Below, in pieces: positions 1-12,325 of a DNA stretch of 64,000 nucleotides (the first letter of the stretch is position 1; each line of letters begins with the position of its first letter). Made by a program: the position numbers and the translations under genes. The notes below the pieces were generated by a model. That model worked only from the letters and a program-made list of their open reading frames with translations. It was not told the DNA's origin and ran no database searches. The stretch is from Octopus sinensis (lineage: Eukaryota), in the NCBI RefSeq assembly GCF_006345805.1, contig NC_043007.1, forward strand, positions 9,176,001-9,240,000, read 5' to 3'.

Positions 1-120
1 ATGAAAGGCAAAGTTGACCTCGGCGGAATTTGAACTCAGAGCGTACAGGTAGACCGGTAGACGAAATACCGCTAAGCATTTCGTCTGGCGTGCTAACGTT
101 TCTGCCAGCTCGCCGCCTTA
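1..120 (-). mobile_element. SINE family B (GGCGGCGAGCTGGCAGAAACGTTAGCAC head), 5' part, cut by window edge
   Basis: Reverse complement of the head/core seen at 11075, 33050 and 49430-49815; next to (AAT)n. Confidence 0.8.
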
Positions 121-121
121 C

Positions 122-127
122 ATAATG

Positions 128-188
<61 letters not shown>

Positions 189-195
189 TAATAAC

Positions 196-268
<73 letters not shown>
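122..268. repeat. (AAT)n microsatellite
   Basis: Near-perfect AAT tract; explains the poly-I/poly-L ORFs. Confidence 0.98.
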
Positions 269-269
269 G

Positions 270-830
270 GCAATGGCTCGAGTGGCACCAGGCAGAGGCT
301 CTCATGGCTTCTGATCATAACTGATTGGAAGTGTTATCATGTACATTGTTTTTTCTTGGTATAAAAGATGGGCTACAGCAAATATTCTGTTCAATACCAC
401 AGATTTGCGCGTCAGTTGTTTGACCGTAACAAGTTGAGCATGTCCCTTAGTAGCTGACAGCATGAGCATCTCTGATCACGAGGAGAAGTAGTGGGGGAGC
501 ATCATAGCCAGGTGTTGAGAGGGATTCTTTGGGGTTTGAATAATTCACCTCTGGAAACATGGGTGTTTCGTTCAACATCCTAAAGCAACCCTTATTCAGG
601 GACCTTTTGAGTGGGATGTGTTACTCGAACGGAAGAAACTTCTAACTGGGCAACACTTGCAAGGTCATATGCTGTTTATTTTGATTTGAGATCACCCTTT
701 CACGCACACATGGTTGTGGTGCATGAGCCTAGTGTACCCTTATCAGACGGGTAGTCATTATGGGCATACTGGGCTTCGTATATTTTACCTAGTGTCATTT
801 TGGTGCCATGCACTGCTCTCTTACTCAATA
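270..830. mobile_element. Unclassified interspersed-repeat-like segment embedded in (AAT)n
   Basis: Higher-GC 560-bp block with AAT tracts on both sides and no convincing ORF; class not determined. Confidence 0.35.
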
Positions 831-851
831 ATAGTAGTAGTAATAATAATC

Positions 852-893
<42 letters not shown>

Positions 894-908
894 GTAATAA
901 AAATAATA

Positions 909-949
<41 letters not shown>

Positions 950-1366
950 AAACAGCGCAAAGCATATAGAAATATAATACCGATTACTGGTTTCGTTAAA
1001 CACTCGAATCACAGAATTCTGCCTCTTTAGCTCTTGTAAAATATGGCCACTAATTTCGAGAAACTGCCTGTGTTTATAACCTCAAGTAAACTGAGGTAAA
1101 TTTCATAATGTGTAAAAACTGTTATTTTCTTATATATATATATATATATATATATTCATAATTAATCAATATAGGGTGGCAAAAAAATTTTGTAGAATTC
1201 TTTTTGCCACCAGCGGCCTAGATGAAACGGTGCATCGTACAAGAAATTACAGGGTAAATGTTTTTTAAATTTTCTCCTGTTTACGGAATTAATCTTTATT
1301 TGCGGTTGAAGCTTTGGCTGTTATTTCTAGTGGGTGAATGGCCTATCATGGCCGTTCCTTGATTGT

Positions 1367-1403
<37 letters not shown>

Positions 1404-1959
1404 CAATTCGTTATCACCTATGTGTTCTCTCCTTGACTCTCACCTGGTTTGTGCGAGCACTAACTGAACGCACTTGGGCCTTGTAACTAGATTTTAGATT
1501 ATACACGACCTTCACAGAAAGGATCTAGATGTAGAAGCTCCGTTGACTTCTGTTTCTGTTGACTGAAAAGTATATCGCTAAAAAAGGTATGCAAACATTA
1601 GAAAGGTTTGTAACCCCTTGCAAATGGCGGCCTTAATTACGAACATAACGTAAAATTAAGAGGAGTTCTTAAGATCATTCCTACACTGAGCATTACAAAT
1701 AGATGCTGCGCTGTATACCAGGGAAAAATTTGGATTGTCTTCTCCCGAATCTTAGATATTGCTGCGGATAATGATGTATTGGGCAGAGAGCCTTGCCTCA
1801 TTTCCTCTCAGTAAGCCTCATTGTAGTCTTTACTATCACATAATAGTCAACATCATTTGTGACTACACACACGGCTAAGGTATTGTGGAATTCAGATACA
1901 TTTCGATTAGCGCACTAACAAATCTGTCGGCTCGTCGCCTTCCTACAAGAATAATAATA

Positions 1960-2095
1960 ATATTCCTTTCCATTATAGGCACAAGACCTGAAATTTTTTT
2001 TTGTAGTGGTGGTGGTGGAACAAGTCGATTATAGAATTTTTCTGGTACTTAATTTATCGATCCCGACAGGATGAAAGGCAATGTCGACCTTGACA
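1960..2095 (-). mobile_element. SINE family B 3' fragment
   Basis: GGTACTTAATTTATCGATCCCGACAGGATGAAAGGCAATGTCGACC matches the family core in reverse. Confidence 0.7.
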
Positions 2096-2111
2096 CATCA
2101 GGTAGAATTCT

Positions 2112-2166
<55 letters not shown>

Positions 2167-2201
2167 ATGAGTGAGAAGTATTATTTTATATATTCCTACC
2201 T

Positions 2202-2373
2202 AGGCGTGGCTATGTGGTAAGAAGCTTGTTTCCCAACCACATCGTTTGTTGCTTAGTAAACACTGCGTGCCACCTTGAACAAGTGTCTTCTACTATCTCC
2301 TCGGGCCGACTAAAAGGTAATGCACCAGCATGACCGCAGTCACCTGACTGAAACAAGTAAAGGAATGAAAGAA
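2202..2373 (+). mobile_element. SINE family A (tRNA-like head, ...GACTGAAACAAGTAAA tail), internally deleted
   Basis: Head GGCGTGGCTATGTGGTAAGAAGCTTG joined to tail CCAGCATGACCGCAGTCACCTGACTGAAACAAG; supplies the artificial ATG of ORF 2320-3597. Confidence 0.8.
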
Positions 2374-2399
2374 TATATAATTTTTATGTATACAACCTT

Positions 2400-4369
2400 C
2401 ATGAGTCCGAAATCAAGATACGTTTCACCACGTTGCACCAAGAATATCTCACCCGGACATCTATCGAGACCCTTCGACATCGCACGTTCGGTCCGTCAGG
2501 GATGCCCCCTCTCGTCGCTTCTATACGTATTGACTCTCGAGCCAATATTGCGGAAGCTGGCAACCTTGAGAGGCATCCCGCGAGAACTGGGATGCGGGAC
2601 AAGCGTGTCTGCATACGCGGACGACGTCACCGTCATAGTGTCTAGCCACGAGCACATCGAGCAGGTCGGCGAGACACTGAAAAACTACGAAGCGGTGACA
2701 GGAGCGAAAATCAACCGGGAAAAGTCAGTGGGCTTGCGACTAGGCACCTGGAGAAGCAAGCCCATGCCGTCCACCAGCGCCTCCGTCGTGGGACGCTGGA
2801 CCGACGGCCCGGTTGAGTTGCTCGGGGTCTGGTTTGGTCCGGACCTCCAAGTGGAGAAGAACTGGAACGAGATAACGAGTAGGGTGGTCACTCTCGCCCG
2901 GCAATGGGCCGAGAGGAAACTGTCCCTAAAAGGTCGGACGGAGGTGGCGAACACGTACATCGCGTCCGTCATCTACTACCGCCTGACCGTCGTACCTTGT
3001 CCCGACCCTACCATCACCAAACTACATCGCATTCTCTTTCGCTTCTTGTGGAAAGGATGCGTCCCGATGGTCAGGCGATCCATTTGCTGTCAACACCCGT
3101 TAAAAGGAGGGCTGGGCATGCCGTGGTTGATGATGCGCAGACACGCGCTGAGACTGCGACATCTCTGGCTCTATGTAGACGACGGTGAACAGGTGTGGTC
3201 GCCGTTTGTGAGGCACGCTTTCCCGCAGCTCGTCTCCATGACCGAACTGCAGTCGTGGATCAAAAAGAGGCCGAGGAAGGGCGAATGGCACCGCGAGTGT
3301 CGCGTTGCTCTCAAGCAACTCTGCCGTCCTGGGTCGACCTTGAGTGACTTCAACACAACCAAAGCATTCTATAGGGGTTTAGTGGAGGGGAGGTACGACG
3401 ACGAGCTCGGGGCGAACCTGGACGTCGACGAGGAGTACCTGACCCGCCTGTTCAGGACGACTTTCGGGCCAGGGCCCATGGACAACTTCCAGAGATCCCT
3501 GGCCTGGCAGTGCTACCGAGAAGCGCTACCCGTTCGGGATAAGCTCTACAGACACGGCTCGAGAAACACGGGGCCGACCTGCCCGAGATGCGGTTAGAGC
3601 GACGAAACCGTTCTGCACGCACTCGTGCAGTGTCCAACAATTTCCGACCTGTGGGCTTATGTCGAACAACTGCTGTCACGTGTGGGACGAGTCGGTTTAT
3701 CAGCTGAGTCTATCGTCAATATTGTCACGCCTCCTTCCTTCAAACGGGAAGGAAGAGCTATTTTCATCATCCTTGTGGCTATGGCGAAAGAATGTATCTG
3801 GTGGACGCGTCTGAAATGATTGGAGACAAACACTTTCCTCTCTGGTCAATCTCTCATCAACTTCTTCAAGTACCACTTGAAAAGGAAAGTGAGAGTAGAG
3901 AGGCAAGTTTTGTCTAGCGTATGTTTTAAAAAAAGATGGGTGAATGTAGCAAGAATGGCACGTATGAATGACGAAGCCACCTTGAGCATGATCCTATGAA
4001 CCCAGAAATTGAATACAGAGAGTTGCTTATTCGCAAAAAAAAGAAAAAAAAAAGAAATATAACATGTGACTCCATTGACCGAGGTTACCGTGGTCTTTTC
4101 CGTAGGCTTTTCTTTCCACGGGTAAACCTCACCTGTCCTCCCCTTTACACTTCATATTGACATTTCTGTGATAACGATCCCTATTGATCAATTTTTTTTC
4201 CTCTCCCCCTTTTTTTTAACCCCCTTTTTTTGTCCTCTTTCTCTCCTTTTACGATCCCTCTTGATCGAAACTCCCCCTTCCTTTTTTTTTTAAACCTTCA
4301 AAAGAAAAGCTCTACCTTGTAATTTGTTCTATCTGTGTGCAGCCCTGTGTGGCTAATAAAGAAACATAT
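2400..4369 (+). mobile_element. 5'-truncated Tx1/L1-clade non-LTR retrotransposon (family A)
   Basis: RT motifs RQGCPLS and SAYADD, C-terminal CPRC..H..QC zinc knuckle, then a pyrimidine-rich 3'UTR ending GGCTAATAAAGAAACATAT; visibly GC-rich against the flanks. Exact 5' junction uncertain. Confidence 0.9.
2446..3999 (+). pseudogene. Tx1-like ORF2 (RT C-terminal half + zinc knuckle) pseudogene
   Basis: One reading frame from GHLSRPFDIARSVRQG to ...TLSMIL* (TGA 3997-3999), broken only by TAG 3595-3597 and TGA 3817-3819; no frameshift seen. Confidence 0.9.
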
Positions 4370-5020
4370 CTTTCGTTACTCCTCTACATTTGCATGTATC
4401 TCTGACAACAACCTGAACATAAATGAATGGTCACCTATGAAGAAACAGAGATCTCTGAAATAACACACCTCGATTGGCTAGACAATAAATTTTGTCTGGC
4501 AAATAATAACCTGTATTGAGCATCAATACTACGATAAAATACCGACAGAAAAGTATTTCCATTTCAATAGTAGGTGATGTGATGATCTCCAGTATCTTTT
4601 GTGCTTTAAAAATATTTTCATGCAGAAATATAGCTATACTATTTTTTCTTTTTTCATATTTTGGAAAAAATTCCGCTGAGACGTATCTGAATTTAAAACA
4701 AAGAAATCAATAGGAAAAATGTATTTGTTTTACGAAATGAAATTGATTTTTTTTGTTCTATGTTTATTGTAGTCTGCAATCTAATACACGGTGATACACA
4801 TTCAAGCTGGTGTTAATAGTATATGTCAATATTTATGTAAATTTCTCATACTTAATCTTGCAATTTCAAGATCCCTAGCTCAACATAGAAATTAAGGACA
4901 AAGGTGTGATGTTTTTCATGCTTCTGAGTGCAATTATTCGGTATAATTTCTTTTGAACTCATTAGCTGAAAGACTGGAATGACGGAACTTGTATAACCTG
5001 AAATATATTTGATAGTGGCG

Positions 5021-5447
5021 CATGAGTGGCTGTGTGGTAGGTAGCTTGCTTACCAGCTACATGGTTTCGGGCTCAGTCCCACTGCGTGGCACCTTGGGCA
5101 AGTGTCTTCTACTATAGCCTCGGGCCGACCAAAGCCTTGTGAGTGGATGTGATAGACGGAATCTGAAAGAAGCCCGTCGTATATATGTATATATGCATAT
5201 GTATATATACATGTATATATATATATATGTCTGTGTGTTTGTGTGTTTGTGTTTGCCATTACCACCCCAACATCGCTTGATGACCGATGCTGATGTGATT
5301 ATGTCTCCGTAACTTAGCGGTTGGGCAATAGAAACCGATAGAATAAATACTAAGCTTACAAAAAATAAGTCCTGGGGTCGATCTGCTCGACTAAAGGCGG
5401 TGCTCCAGCATGGCCGCAGTCAAATGACTGAAACAAGTAAAAGAGTA
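5021..5447 (+). mobile_element. SINE family A, full length with internal (TA)/(TG) tract
   Basis: tRNA-like head, CCTTGGGCAAGTGTCTTCTACTATAGC body, GACTGAAACAAGTAAAAGA tail. Confidence 0.9.
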
Positions 5448-5587
5448 GTGCATGCCACATACAAATCATAGTGCACAGTTGTCACGCATGTGTCTGCAAG
5501 AAATTGTACATTCTGACACAATCAGGCGTATCTCTTAGACATAAATACAAACACCTTGCTGCCATTTGTGGTCAGTCTACTGTCTGA

Positions 5588-5733
5588 GTGAAGGCGTACT
5601 GCTCAGTTGTTAGACCGTCGGTCCCCCAATCATGAAGTAGAGAGTTGGATTTCCGAACCGAACTGTGTTGCGTTCTTGAGCAAGATACTTTATTTCACGT
5701 TTCTCCAGTTCATTCAGCTGTAGAAATGTGTTA
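5588..5733 (+). mobile_element. SINE family D head (degenerate)
   Basis: tRNA-like start then GTTCTTGAGCAAGATACTTTATTTCAC, as at 62939+. Confidence 0.6.
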
Positions 5734-5734
5734 G

Positions 5735-6120
5735 TGGAGGCGCAATGGCCCAGTGGTTAAGGCAGCGGACACGCGGTCATAGGATCGCGGTTTCGATTCC
5801 CAGACCGGGCGTTGTGAGTGTTTATTCAGCGAAAACACCTAAAAAGCTCCACGAGGCTCCGGCAGGGGATGGTGGTGATCCCTGCTGTTCTCTTTCACCA
5901 CAACTTTCTCTCACTCTTACTTCCTGTTTCTGTTGTACCTATATTTCAAGGGTCCGGCCTTGTCACTATCTGTGTCACGCTGAATATCCCCGAGAACTAC
6001 GTTAAGGGTGCACGTGTCTGTGGAGTGCTCAGCCACTTACACGTTAATTTCACGAGCGGGCTGTTCCGTTGATTCGGATCAACCGGAACCCTCATCCTCG
6101 AAACCGACGGAGTGCTTCCA
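5735..6120 (+). mobile_element. SINE family C (GGAGGCGCAATGGCCCAGTGG head), tail type i
   Basis: A-box/B-box-like TGGCCCAGTGG and GTTTCGATTCC; same head at 36241, 46925, 57297 and 60806. Confidence 0.85.
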
Positions 6121-6554
6121 GAAATGTGTTGCAACGTCACAAATGTCAAGCTGTATCTGCCGTTGCCTTTCCCTTCGATTACGTCGGTGACTTGGAGAGT
6201 GGAGGCAGGGATGCATGGGCGACTGCTAGTCTTCAAGAAACAGGTTTGCCCGGACTTGTGTATAATAGGGGAACTCTCTAGGCGCAATCTTATGGTGATT
6301 CATGACCGAAGGGGGTCTTTACTATTAACATATGAATAACATGCCTTGATTGAAACTTGCACATTTCTTACACAATCCTGGTAAACGATTCTCATGATAC
6401 GTAAGATGTACACAAGAGACGTCTTCATATTGTCCAGCATATAACATCAGCCATTTTCACCGCAAAATCAAACAGTTGCAGGCACACACAACAAGACTTA
6501 GCAGTCAGGAGTGTTTTTCTAAACTAGATAAAACACATGGAAGACCATACTGAC

Positions 6555-6616
<62 letters not shown>

Positions 6617-6940
6617 GTGCGAATAAAAAAACATACCCGCATTTATGTATACAAAATTACGTAGATACATCGGTACATACAGATTATACTGTTGTCAGAT
6701 AAACATAGCTCTCCTCTTTTTCTCTGTCTCTCCATCTGTGTATATATATGTATATAAATATATATACACCACGCACACACACACACACGCACACACACAC
6801 ATATACACATACATGTACACAATCACATACACTCGTATAATTACATTTTCATCACCATAGTACCAATTTCATAATGCTTCATAAATTATTCTTTTTTGTA
6901 TCAAATAGAGGAGACGAACACACATACATCCACACCCACA

Positions 6941-7005
<65 letters not shown>

Positions 7006-7360
7006 CACACAAACACACACGAACACATATAGAGACTGGCATAGATACAGTGAGAGGGAGCAAGAGAGAAAGAAGCGGGAGAATGAAACAGAAATATAGA
7101 TTGTGGAGACATACAAATAGATTGGGCAAACGTTGTGTAAATGGAAAGACAAAAAAAGAAGTTAAACACATATATACAATATACACACTCTCTCTATATT
7201 TATGGGCTGTCTATACATACCTATATACATACAAACATACATAAATACATACATACCTGGCAACGCATATATTGACGTAAGTTTTGCGAGTGCATTTACG
7301 TGTTCTTGTGCGCAAGCGGCTCAATATGAATAGTCGTATGTATGAATGTATGTATGTATG

Positions 7361-7423
<63 letters not shown>

Positions 7424-7462
7424 ATATGTGTGTGTGTGCGTGTGTGTATGTATGTATGCATA

Positions 7463-7531
<69 letters not shown>

Positions 7532-7699
7532 TATATATATGCATATACATACACATATAGGCTTCATATTGAAATGTGATACTTTTTAATCATAGGTAAA
7601 ATTAATTTCAATTTTATTTAATAAAAGAAATTTAATCTGAAACTTATTTAATAAAAGAACACAGTAATGGATTAATATTTATTATTAGTAGTTATTACC

Positions 7700-7700
7700 A

Positions 7701-7754
<54 letters not shown>

Positions 7755-7777
7755 TATTATTATTATTGTTATTGTTA

Positions 7778-7863
<86 letters not shown>

Positions 7864-7882
7864 GTGGTTGTTGTTGTTGTTG
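7700..7882. repeat. (ATT)n/(GTT)n microsatellite
   Basis: Direct reading. Confidence 0.97.
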
Positions 7883-8455
7883 TGTTGTTAGAATTTAATC
7901 CAGCGAAGTCTTTATTTAATATAATCGCCGTCCAAGAATGGCGTCTGTTATGAGATTGACGACGCCATCATCAACGTTCCCACCGATTCAATCACATCTT
8001 TGCAACACTTATTTCGTGTCTCTGTTTATATTTGATTGAAAAATATCAATTCCGTTCAACTTAACAATAATTTTAGATGTCGCTGTTGCCAAGTATTAGA
8101 CAAAATAACACAATAGAATATATATATATATATATATATATAGATATATATACACAAACGCTGAACATCCGTTATCCTGAAACATCAGTGATCAAAGTTG
8201 GTTCGAATTTATTTCAAGTTTACGTATAAGCTCGGACACGATGGGGGAATGCCAAATAGCCGAATGCATGGCAATTCCGAGAATATGTTCGCATTGTAGT
8301 TGTCGTTGATGCTGATGTTGTGAAACCTGGAGTCCGCATTAGATGATCAGATCTATTATTGATATAGGTCTTTACGCAACCATGTTATATTTTATTGAGA
8401 TTACCCTGACCAATGACTTGATTACTAAATTTGCCCTTCCGTTTACGTTTGTTTT

Positions 8456-8912
8456 CCTTGTTTCAGTCATTAGATAACGTAACGTCCATGCTGGGGCACA
8501 GTCCGTATGAGTTTTAAATCGAAGGAATTGACCCCGGTATTTTGTTTTAAAATCCAGTACTTATTATGTCGGGCTGTTCTGCCGAACCGCTAACGTACGG
8601 AGACGTAAGCAGATCAACGCTGGTTGTCAAGTGGTTGTGGGAGACAAGCAAACGCAAAAAACATACATACATGTATACACACACACACATACACACAGAC
8701 GCATATACTACGGGCTTCTTTCACGCATACAGTCACACACACACACATATATCTATGTATAGATATATAAGAGCAGCTTCTTTCAGCTTCCCTCTACAAA
8801 ATCCACCCACAAGGCTTTGGTTGGTCATAAGCTATAGTAGACGACACTTGTTCAAGTTGCCAGACAGTGGGACTGAACGCAGAACCTAATGGTTGCGAAT
8901 AAGCTTCGCCTG
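8456..8912 (-). mobile_element. SINE family A (degenerate)
   Basis: Reverse-complement tail TTGTTTCAGTCATT and head region. Confidence 0.75.
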
Positions 8913-9358
8913 TATATTTTCTTGAAATAGGGAGTTAGTGTCTTAAAGAGAACATTTAAAAACATCATATCGGTGATGACGTCACTGTTGGGTGAAACGT
9001 TTGCTTCCTAACAACGTGGCATTTCCGGACTTAGGTATTTTAACATACACTTCATTCAAATACAGGCACATTTCGCAGCAATTATATTTGAGTCATAACT
9101 AATGTAAAAGCATGCAATGAAAAACAGCATGTATGGGGACGTGTGTGTAGACAAGACAAACTTTTTTGTTTCCCTCTACGATGCCCGTACAAGACGCTTT
9201 TCAAACAGAGAAACGGCCTTGTACAAGACTTACTTCATTGAATGCCAAAGAGATGACAGGTTTCCTCCTAGAGAGATGTCTATACAAGGATTAGGTATCT
9301 CTAAGTCTTGGCTGTTTGATGGCCATTGATTCTTCTGAGTTTATTCGCTGTTTCCCAG

Positions 9359-9419
9359 GTTTCGTTTTTCGTCCTGCAAGGTTTCCCACGAAAACAAACC
9401 TCCTTAACAAACAGACTCG
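9359..9419 (+). CDS. Candidate upstream exon of orphan gene (VSFFVLQGFPRKQTSLTNRL)
   Basis: TTTCCCAG acceptor and G|GTAGTG donor; phase 0 to 1, compatible with exon 12237. The donor is weak and an alternative acceptor exists at 9380. Confidence 0.3.
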
Positions 9420-9694
9420 GTAGTGTTGTGTGTAGACACTCACACATATGAATATGAACATGCATGTATAGACAGACCCCAACGCAAGAAACCCTCGGCT
9501 CTCAGTCTTTTACGCATTTACTGCTTTTTATTAAACAAAAACACATATCCATATTCACGATTAAATTCTATTTTCCAGTTTATGTTACCAAAACAACATA
9601 CATGCATACATACATACATACATACATACATACATACATACACACACACATAAATGAAAGACAAAAGATGGAATATACGAGAATTTATTATTAA

Positions 9695-9739
9695 CCACGA
9701 CAATTGTTTCGACATATCTAGCATCGACTCCTCTTGTGG
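9695..9739 (-). ncRNA. Degenerate type I hammerhead ribozyme
   Basis: CCAC-AAGAGGA-...-GAAA-CAATTG-TC-GTGG: stem I CCAC/GTGG, palindromic stem III, GUC site; core C3U4 replaced by AA. Confidence 0.5.
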
Positions 9740-9992
9740 GATACACAATAAAACTGGTACAGGAGTATCCGGTGGTGCAGACGTTTCTCGTCGGGTGATA
9801 AATAAATAAAGAATCTCGTTAAAATGACTGTTCCATAATACAACTTTCCGTTTCGTAGAGAGAAAAACAGCCAGACGGAGGAAATTTCGTCATATATATA
9901 TATATATAGAAGATCCCAAAATAAAATTGCAGAAGACAAAATGAGAGAAACGAACAATTAATCCAGTGAGAAGAGTATATACATATATATAT

Positions 9993-10048
<56 letters not shown>

Positions 10049-10086
10049 TAAAAAATGGAGTTAACGCAGGTGTAATCAAATATTTT

Positions 10087-10172
10087 ACTTTCGACACATG
10101 TTTCGAAAATTCCACTGATACTATTCAAAAGAATAAATGGTATAAACAATGCAATCTTCTCCTCAGGAAAGT
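10087..10172 (-). ncRNA. Type I hammerhead ribozyme, canonical core
   Basis: ACTTTC-CTGAGGA-GAAGATT...AATTTTC-GAAA-CATGTG-TC-GAAAGT: 6-bp stem I, 7-bp stem II with extended hairpin, GUC triplet; predicted cleavage between 10093 and 10092. Confidence 0.85.
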
Positions 10173-10410
10173 GAAAAAAACGAAACTCGTCAATAAGACA
10201 TTTTAGCAAAAAATGATGGATTTGTATAGCGATAGACAGAACGCTATTAATATTGTTTAAAAAAACGTTATATGATATAACGTCATAAGTCGCTAACAGA
10301 AAGAGTAGGGATATTAATAGTGAATGTTAAATATAAAGGAAATTAAAGTTTAAATTATATATAATGATAGAGACTACTTATATGCACTAAATGTATGTTT
10401 TTGCCAATGC

Positions 10411-10911
10411 TTACCTGCATGCTCGCTCTATAACCGTGTTTACTAGAGTATTTTTAGAAAAAATAATGAAAAATAGCTCAGAATTGCAGAGAAGACAGAA
10501 TTTCTTGCCTTTGTCATATGTTATCGAAATTGAGAGAATCAACCATTCTAAATGAAATTGTTCATTGTGGTCTTTTAAATCCCAAATCAGTTTGCTGAGA
10601 CCGGTACTATTCCGTTTATTTCTATCCCTAAATGTTGAGTAATGGATAGAAATTATTTTAGATAACTCTAACGATGTGATTCTAATGTAAAATCGTACTT
10701 TATTACGAGTACTGATTATACACTGGTATATAGAATTTTTAATCTTAGAGTTACTTGACATAAACTTAATTCTATTGGAATTGACTTCAGATACAATAAC
10801 CTCGTTATTAATATTTCTAGTGGGTTGGATGGTATTAACTAAATTAATGTTAGTATTAGTAAATGTATTAATATTTAACAGTTTGTTATTATGAGAAGAG
10901 ATAATTTGCAA
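10411..10911 (-). pseudogene. PLE-type GIY-YIG endonuclease fragment (166 open codons)
   Basis: SIYQC..FYIRIT..HYSTFR..NSTGLSKLIWDLK..W.IL..Y..C.LC..E matches the PLE GIY-YIG pattern; YIG appears as YIR (AGA). Confidence 0.8.
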
Positions 10912-10914
10912 GAG

Positions 10915-11720
10915 ATTTTTTGTGTTTGACGAGGTTGACTTTGCCTATCATCTTGTCGGGGTCGATAGATTAAGTACCAGTCGCGTACCAGGGTCGATCT
11001 AATCGACTGTCCCCTTCCCCCAAAATTTTGAGCCTTGTGCCTCGAGTAGAAAAGAGTATATTGGAAATGAAGTCGGCGAGCTGGCACAAACGTTAGCACG
11101 CCGGGCGAAATGCTTAGTGTTATTTCGTCTGCTGTTACGTTCTGAGTTCAAATTCCGCCGAGGTCGACTTTGCCTTTCATCCTTTCGGAGTCCATAAATT
11201 AAGTACCAGTTAAGCACTGGGGTCGATGTAATCAACTTAATCTCTTTGTCCTTGTTTGCCCCCTCTATGTTTAGCCTCTTGTGAGCAATATAGAAATAAG
11301 AAACGTTAGCACGCTGGGTGAAATGCTTAGCGGTATTTCGTCTGACTGTATGTTGAGTTCAAATTCCGCCGAGGTCTACCTTGCCTTTCATGCTTTCTGG
11401 GTCGATAGATTAAGTATCAGTCGTGTACCAGGGTTGATCTAATCGACTGGTCCTCTCCCCCAAAATTTCAGTGTTTATATGTCTAGATTAGGAAAGAATA
11501 TCTCGGCTAGTAGTTATGTTGTATTTATTCATGCATTATTATTTAAGGTGCTGAGCTGGCAGAATTATTAGCGCATCCGTGAAAATTCGTAGCAGCATTT
11601 TGTCCGGATCTTACCATTTCGGAGTTCAAATTCTGCCGAGATCAAATTTACCTTTCCTCGTATCGGTGTCCGTCTATAAAATAAAGTACAATTAAACTAC
11701 TGAAGTTGATGTTATTCAAG
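10915..11720 (+). mobile_element. Cluster of 4-5 SINE family B modules
   Basis: Repeated GAGTTCAAATTCCGCCGAGGTCGACTTTGCCTTTCATCC cores with two alternative tails. Confidence 0.85.
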
Positions 11721-11729
11721 GGAAAGACA

Positions 11730-11899
11730 AAGGCGGATGCAACTTCGCACCAATGACGTCGCAACTTATTTCTACAGCTGAGAGGACTGGAGTGATGCGA
11801 AAAAAAGTCTTGCCCAATAACACAACCGGTTCGAGATCCGAACTCACTATCTCATGATTATGAGCCCAACGCCCTAACTACCTAGCCATACACCTTCAC
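11730..11899 (-). mobile_element. SINE family D head
   Basis: Reverse complement GTGAAGGTGTATGGCTAGGTAGTTAGGGCG...GAGTTCGGATC. Confidence 0.6.
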
Positions 11900-12236
11900 T
11901 GGTTTGCGTTCAGTTTATTCGGTGGGTTTCTTATGCTTGTTTACTGAATACTTGTTTTGTGGCAATGAATTTGAATACTCTTCATACACAGAAGGCCCCA
12001 CTGAAATAAAATGCAGAGCAAGAAACGAAAAAGAAAAAAAACAAGGTATTATACTGATAAACATTTGTAAATACACGATATATAATCTACAAAAATATAT
12101 TTCTCACGAAATATCTAAATTAACAGTGGACACAATTGCCATATATTTACGCAAATCTAGAAGAAACAAGTAGACATGTTTTAGTTTGAAATACATATAA
12201 ATACAAGATTTCTTACCTAAAATTTTCGACATTCAG

Positions 12237-12325
12237 ATTCCAACAACAATGATGACGTAAATAGAGCATTCGTCTTGAAAATCCAAAGAGACGGCTACAC
12301 GATCTCTGATTGCTGTGTTCTGAAG
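12237..12325 (+). CDS. Candidate internal exon, orphan gene ((D)SNNNDDVNRAFVLKIQRDGYTISDCCVLK)
   Basis: ATTCAG acceptor and AAG|GTAAGA donor; 89 nt, phase 1 to 0, open frame, in non-repeat DNA. Confidence 0.6.

Larger units (their letters stand above)
9660..10911 (-). mobile_element. Penelope-like element (PLE) 3' portion: GIY-YIG endonuclease plus hammerhead-bearing terminal region
   Basis: GIY-YIG ORF followed on the same strand by two hammerhead motifs; 5' side interrupted by SINEs at about 10915. Confidence 0.75.

Noticed and set aside
2320-2400. ATG and N-terminus of the 425-aa ORF as a real protein start
   Set aside because: The ATG lies within a SINE tail; RT homology begins only near GHLSRPF, so the ORF is a truncated retroelement.
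5735-5815. tRNA genes at SINE heads (also 36241, 46925, 57297, 60806, 62939)
   Set aside because: A/B boxes are present but there is no complete cloverleaf, and each continues into a SINE body.
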